Of a stretch of 32,000 nucleotides of DNA, positions 29,368-32,000 are shown piece after piece. The position numbers and the translations under genes are program-made. The stretch lies in the NCBI RefSeq assembly GCF_049243625.1, contig NZ_CP046975.1. One strand, given 5' to 3'. The DNA comes from Corynebacterium amycolatum. GTDB lineage: Bacteria; Actinomycetota; Actinomycetes; Mycobacteriales; Mycobacteriaceae. The notes beneath the pieces were generated by a model that saw nothing but the letters and a program-made list of their open reading frames with translations, was not told the origin of the DNA and ran no database searches. How positions within the stretch are numbered: the first letter of the stretch is position 1; each line of letters begins with the position of its first letter.

Positions 29368-30342
29368 GTGCGCCTGATTTTTGCCGGAACCCCGGAACCC
29401 GCTGTCGTTGCACTGAAGAAGTTACTCGAAGACTCCCACCATGAGATCGTTGCTGTTCTCACTCGCCCCGATGCCCGCCGTGGCCGCGGTAAGTCGCTTT
29501 CGCCCTCGCCGGTGAAGGCTCTGGCCTTGGAACACGACATTCCCGTTCTCACCCCGACTACCCTGCGCGATGCGGAAATCCAACAGCAGATCCGCGAACT
29601 AAACGCCGACTGCATCCCGGTCGTCGCCTACGGCAATCTCGTGCCGGAGGAGTTGCTCGATGTACCGATGCACGGCTGGGTAAATCTGCATTTCTCACTG
29701 CTTCCTGCTTGGCGAGGTGCCGCGCCGGTGCAGGCAGCTATCGCCGCTGGCGACGAAGTCACGGGTGCCAGTACCTTCCGGATTGAAAAGGGCCTGGATA
29801 CCGGACCAGTTTTCGGTACCGTCACCGAAGCGATTCGCTCGACCGATAATGCCGACGACCTTTTGACCCGCCTCGCATTCTCCGGCGCGGATCTTCTAAC
29901 CGCCACCATGGACGGCATCGAAGCAGGTGCGTTGCGTCCGACTGCTCAGCCGGAACAGGACGTCAGCTACGCCGCTAAGTTCGGGCCGGAGGATGCCCGA
30001 ATCGTTTGGACTCAGCCGCGACATCTTCTCGACCGCCGCGCTCGCGCGTTCACGCCTGCTCCAGGTGCGTGGACGACCCTCGACGGCTCACGTTTGAAGG
30101 TCGGAGAGCTCACCCCGCTTTCCGACGAGGACAGCGCTGCGGTCGACGAGGTGCGAAAGGCAGCTGCTCCAGAGGTGGCAGCCGCCACACCAGGTGAGTT
30201 GGTAGTGGAGAAACACCGGGTATCCGTGCGTTGTGCCGATGGCTATGTGCAGCTGGTGAAGGTGCAGCCACAGGGTAAGAAGATGATGGATGCGTCCGAC
30301 TGGGCGCGAGGTAGCCAACCCGGCGGAAAGGTCTGCGAGTAA
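29368..30342 (+). CDS. fmt: Methionyl-tRNA formyltransferase
   Basis: 324 aa with GTG start and AGGAAGGA RBS. MRLIFAGTPEPAV, VNLHFSLLPAWRGAAPVQAAI (SLLP motif), C-terminal tRNA-binding domain. Confidence 0.95.
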   Translation: MRLIFAGTPEPAVVALKKLLEDSHHEIVAVLTRPDARRGRGKSLSPSPVKALALEHDIPVLTPTTLRDAEIQQQIRELNADCIPVVAYGNLVPEELLDVPMHGWVNLHFSLLPAWRGAAPVQAAIAAGDEVTGASTFRIEKGLDTGPVFGTVTEAIRSTDNADDLLTRLAFSGADLLTATMDGIEAGALRPTAQPEQDVSYAAKFGPEDARIVWTQPRHLLDRRARAFTPAPGAWTTLDGSRLKVGELTPLSDEDSAAVDEVRKAAAPEVAAATPGELVVEKHRVSVRCADGYVQLVKVQPQGKKMMDASDWARGSQPGGKVCE

Positions 30343-31800
30343 ATGGGCAACGACAAACCCCGCCACACCGGTGGCGGACGGCAGCGCAGCAACTGCGGCG
30401 GACAGAACCGCGATGACCGCAACCGTAACCGTGACACCCGAGGAGGGGATAATCGCGGTGGCATTGACCAGCCACGCAAGGTCGCGCTGAAGGTACTAGC
30501 TGACGTTCGCGAGAAGGATGCTTACGCAAACCTGCTGCTGCCCAAGTTGCTGAAGACACACAAGCTCAAGGGGCGGGATGCTGCTTTTGCAACGGAGCTG
30601 ACGTACGGCACACTGCGGGCGGAAGGCCTGTTGGACGCCGTGATTGAGGCATCGTCGTCACGCCCGTTAAGCGATATTGCTGGACCGGTGATGGACGTGC
30701 TACGCCTGGGCACGTACCAGCTGCTGCGTACGCGCGTCGACGCCTACGCAGCGGTCGATACCTCGGTGCGGGCAGTGGCGAAGGTGGCGGGACCTGGCGC
30801 GCGCGGCTTTGTCAATGCCATTTTGAGGAAGGTCTCCTCGAAGACCGAAAGCGAATGGGTGGCTGAGATTGCGCCGGATCCCGCGACCGATCCGATTGGC
30901 TACGTGGCAATGAAGCATGCCCACCCGCGCTGGATTGCTATGGAGTTTGCCCGCGCACTCGGTGCACAAGCCGGTGAGCTGCAGCAGGCACTCGCTGCCG
31001 ACGATGCCCGCCCGCTGGTGCACTTGGTCGCTCGTCCGGGCGAGATTACTGCTGAAGAATTGGCACTGATCACTGGCGGTGAAGAGGGACAGTGGTCGCC
31101 GTACTGCGTGCGCTTGGACTCCGGTGCCCCAGGAGAGTTGGAGCCGGTCCGACAGGGTTTGGCTGCGGTGCAGGACGAGGGTTCTCAGCTCATTGCGCGT
31201 GCCGTCACCATGGCACCCGTTGCCGGTGAAGACAGCGGCCGCTGGTTAGATCTGTGTTCCGGCCCCGGTGGTAAGTCAGCTTTCATCGGCGGCATTGCAG
31301 CTATTGAGGGCGCGAAGCTCGATGCTGTTGAGGTATCGGCGACTCGCGCAGAACTGGTGAAGAAGGCTACTACCGGGCTACCAGTGACTGTAACGGTTGC
31401 GGATGGTCGTGATACCGGGCTCGAGACAGGCTTTGACCGCATCTTGGTAGACGCGCCGTGCTCTGGCTTGGGCTCGCTCCGCCGTCGCCCGGAAGCGCGC
31501 TGGCGGAAGTCGCCGTCCGATCTGAACTCGTTGACTACGCTGCAGTTTGAACTGCTCAGCGAAGCTGTGCGTCTTGCACGGCCGGGTGGCATCATCGTCT
31601 ATTCCACGTGTTCGCCGCATCTGCGGGAAACCAGGGGCATTGTCGACAGGGCAGTGACGGAATTACCGGCGACTGAGCTGAGTGCACACGAGTTGGTAGC
31701 GCCGATGACTGATGTCGGACCGTATCCATCTGTGCAGATGTGGCCACACCGCCACGGGACCGATGCGATGTTCTTCTCAGTTTTGCGCAAGAACGACTAG
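30343..31800 (+). CDS. rsmB: 16S rRNA (cytosine-C5)-methyltransferase RsmB/Sun with basic N-terminal tail
   Basis: 485 aa. ATG abuts the fmt stop (TAAATG). NusB-like domain ([15 protein letters not shown]), SAM-MTase core ([33 protein letters not shown]). The first ~45 residues are Arg/Gly/Asn/Asp-rich. Confidence 0.92.
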   Translation: MGNDKPRHTGGGRQRSNCGGQNRDDRNRNRDTRGGDNRGGIDQPRKVALKVLADVREKDAYANLLLPKLLKTHKLKGRDAAFATELTYGTLRAEGLLDAVIEASSSRPLSDIAGPVMDVLRLGTYQLLRTRVDAYAAVDTSVRAVAKVAGPGARGFVNAILRKVSSKTESEWVAEIAPDPATDPIGYVAMKHAHPRWIAMEFARALGAQAGELQQALAADDARPLVHLVARPGEITAEELALITGGEEGQWSPYCVRLDSGAPGELEPVRQGLAAVQDEGSQLIARAVTMAPVAGEDSGRWLDLCSGPGGKSAFIGGIAAIEGAKLDAVEVSATRAELVKKATTGLPVTVTVADGRDTGLETGFDRILVDAPCSGLGSLRRRPEARWRKSPSDLNSLTTLQFELLSEAVRLARPGGIIVYSTCSPHLRETRGIVDRAVTELPATELSAHELVAPMTDVGPYPSVQMWPHRHGTDAMFFSVLRKND

Positions 31801-31811
31801 GCTCAGAGGTT

Positions 31812-32000
31812 ATGAGCGCACCAATTATTGCCCCGTCCATTCTCGCTGCTGACTTCGCTCGCCTCGACCGCGAGGTTGAGGCTGTAGCCAATGCAGATTG
31901 GCTACATATCGACGTCATGGATGGCCATTTCGTTCCCAACCTGTCCTTCGGCGCTCCGGTGCTGGAGGCCGTAGCTGCGGTGACGGACAAGTACTTGGAT
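31812..32000 (+). CDS. rpe: Ribulose-phosphate 3-epimerase, 3' end cut by window edge
   Basis: ATG 31812 after AGAGG. It translates to [54 protein letters not shown]..., the conserved Rpe N-terminus. The frame is open to the window end and is absent from the ORF track for that reason. Confidence 0.9.
   Translation, partial: MSAPIIAPSILAADFARLDREVEAVANADWLHIDVMDGHFVPNLSFGAPVLEAVAAVTDKYLD

Noticed and set aside
1-32000. Window-wide search for CRISPR repeats, IS or inverted terminal repeats, integrase/transposase/phage genes, tRNA/rRNA genes, toxin-antitoxin pairs, defence islands or strand-switch boundaries
   Set aside because: None found by reading both strands. There are no repeat-spacer periodicity, no cloverleaf-capable intergenic segments, and no compositional island larger than the ~90-420-nt spacers described. 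Every ORF over 150 aa that is not a shadow frame has a clear housekeeping assignment.

Overview
This is an ordinary, densely packed core-genome window, and I do not claim a novel system in it. All 29 supportable genes are on the + strand; two are cut by the window edges. The order is rarA'-alaS-ruvX-mltG-aroE-A24 peptidase-aroC-aroK-aroB-aroQ-pepQ-efp-nusB / pyrR-pyrB-pyrC-carA-carB-pyrF / mihF-gmk-rpoZ-coaBC-metK-priA-def-fmt-rsmB-rpe'. This is the classical Mycobacteriales housekeeping block. mIHF and a PGKGP-loop EF-P are actinobacterial markers. The moderate GC (mid/high 50s % by eye) and def sitting next to fmt point to a Corynebacterium-like genome; this is inference only, since no database search was possible. 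Many junctions are translationally coupled: TAATG at aroB/aroQ, ATGA at aroQ/pepQ, GTGA at pyrR/pyrB, and TAAATG at pyrB/pyrC and fmt/rsmB. I found no tRNA/rRNA, CRISPR array, IS/transposase, integrase, prophage, toxin-antitoxin or defence-like gene, and no unexplained ORF of meaningful size. The long minus-strand ORFs in the track are shadow ORFs of + strand genes. What deserves a second look is modest. On the non-coding side: a PyrR-box-like hairpin occluding the pyrR ribosome-binding site, a 419-nt structured region upstream of mihF, AT-rich spacers before mltG and carA, and a CTAG-periodic repeat before fmt. On the protein side: PriA without recognisable Walker A/B motifs, an orphan TadV/CpaA-type prepilin peptidase inside the shikimate cluster, terminal extensions on NusB and RsmB, and an insertion in PepQ. 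Several ORF-track starts (mltG, aroC, aroK, carA, def) are revised downstream.
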